Origin: an uncultured Candidatus Rokubacteria bacterium | GTDB lineage: Bacteria > Methylomirabilota > Methylomirabilia > Rokubacteriales > DASRDR01 | Direction of reading: 5' to 3' | Length of the DNA: 64,000 bases | Assembly: GCA_963708025.1 (NCBI GenBank) | Contig: CAVPSB010000014.1 | Coordinates: 160,001 to 224,000 of the forward strand | Shown here: piece by piece, positions 63,078-64,000 of the stretch | Layout of the letters: every line of letters starts with the position of its first letter | Position numbering within the stretch: position 1 is the stretch's first letter | The notes under the pieces: model-generated | Told to the model about the DNA's origin: nothing | The model's database searches: none | The model's input: only the letters and a program-made list of their open reading frames with translations | Program-made: the position numbers and the translations under genes

Positions 63078-64000
63078 TCAGCGTCCGACGGGGCGGGTGG
63101 CCTCGGTCAGCCAGGCGGCGGTATCCGGGTTGACCAGCGGGGTGATCTCCTCGCGGACCCGCGCGTGATAGGCGTCGAGCCACGCGATCTCGTCGGGGCC
63201 GAGCGCGGCCGGCTCGACCAGCGCGAGGTCGATGGGGGCCAGGGTGAGCGTCTCGAAGCCGAAGAGCTCCAGCTCGCCTCCGGCCGGACGCGCGGGCGGC
63301 GTCACCGCGACCAGGCTCTCGATCCGGATGCCGTACTCGCCGGTCTTGTAGTACCCGGGCTCGTTCGAGACGATCATCCCCGGCCGGAGCCCCACCGTCG
63401 AGGGGTACTTCGAGATCCGGTGCGGGCCTTCGTGAACGCCGAGGTAGCTGCCGACCCCGTGGCCGGTGCCGTGGTCGAAGTCGAGGCCGGCCTCCCAGAG
63501 CGGGCGGCGGGCGAGCACGTCGAGCTGGGAGCCGCTGGTCTCCTTCGGAAAGCGCGCCGTGGCCAGGACGATGTGGCCCCGGAGGACCCGCGTGAAGCGG
63601 TCGCGCTGCTCGGCGGTCGGCGACCCGATCGCCACCGTGCGGGTGACGTCGGTGGTGCCGTCGAGGTACTGGCCGCCCGAGTTGACCAGGTACAGCATGC
63701 CGGGGCCGAGCGCCCGGTCCGTCGCCGGCGTCGCGCGGTAGTGGACGATGGCCCCGTTCGGCCCGGCACCGGAGATCGTCGGAAAGCTCGGCTCCTTGAA
63801 GAGCGGCTGCTCGGCCCGGAAGGCGTCGAGCCGATCGGCGGCGCCGGTCTCGGTGAGCCCGCCCCGCGGCGCCTCGCGGGCGATCCAGGCCAGGAACCGG
63901 CAGAGGGCGGCGCCGTCCTTGCGATGGGCCGACCGGGCCCCGGCCAGCTCCACCTCGTTCTTGCAGCCCTTGGGCAGGCTGCACGGATCGACGCCCCGCA
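63078..64000 (-). CDS. Xaa-Pro aminopeptidase (M24B), 5' end outside the window
   Basis: NGAIVHY, GGQYLDGTTDVTRT, HGTGHGVG, VHEGP, SNEPGYY, GIRIE. Confidence 0.93.
   Translation of the reverse strand, partial: RGVDPCSLPKGCKNEVELAGARSAHRKDGAALCRFLAWIAREAPRGGLTETGAADRLDAFRAEQPLFKEPSFPTISGAGPNGAIVHYRATPATDRALGPGMLYLVNSGGQYLDGTTDVTRTVAIGSPTAEQRDRFTRVLRGHIVLATARFPKETSGSQLDVLARRPLWEAGLDFDHGTGHGVGSYLGVHEGPHRISKYPSTVGLRPGMIVSNEPGYYKTGEYGIRIESLVAVTPPARPAGGELELFGFETLTLAPIDLALVEPAALGPDEIAWLDAYHARVREEITPLVNPDTAAWLTEATRPVGR

Overview
This is very GC-rich bacterial DNA from a diderm. Gene style and intergenic palindromic repeats resemble Candidatus Rokubacteria/Methylomirabilota (inference). Scattered single-base indels suggest an unpolished long-read or metagenomic assembly. 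No rRNA, tRNA or CRISPR array was seen. The left end (1-2.4 kb) holds a GTPase-centred conflict-type locus: a stand-alone GAAD-like adaptor, a GASH-like all-helical protein and a TRAFAC GTPase running off the window, with a MITE-like element between the last two genes. Housekeeping genes follow (dppBC-like permeases, miaB, menA, nemA). An accessory ion/osmotic-stress island occupies about 8.2-44 kb. It carries a cNMP-fused NhaP antiporter, two USPs, and glgP and glgX flanking a giant DUF4118-PAS-GAF-PP2C-RsbW sensor plus STAS protein. It also carries UPF0182, porin-kdpFABC, a second KdpA with an altered selectivity filter coupled to an orphan SecF and a site-2 protease, a kinase-less KdpD, mgtE and a lone DUF4118 protein. 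Three promoters in the island share an identical four-box (11/21/11 bp) KdpE-like architecture, and two of them sit upstream of unannotated microproteins. The right part (44-64 kb) is a two-component/MBL operon and ordinary metabolic and cell-wall genes. All family calls come from motif recognition by eye, not database searches.
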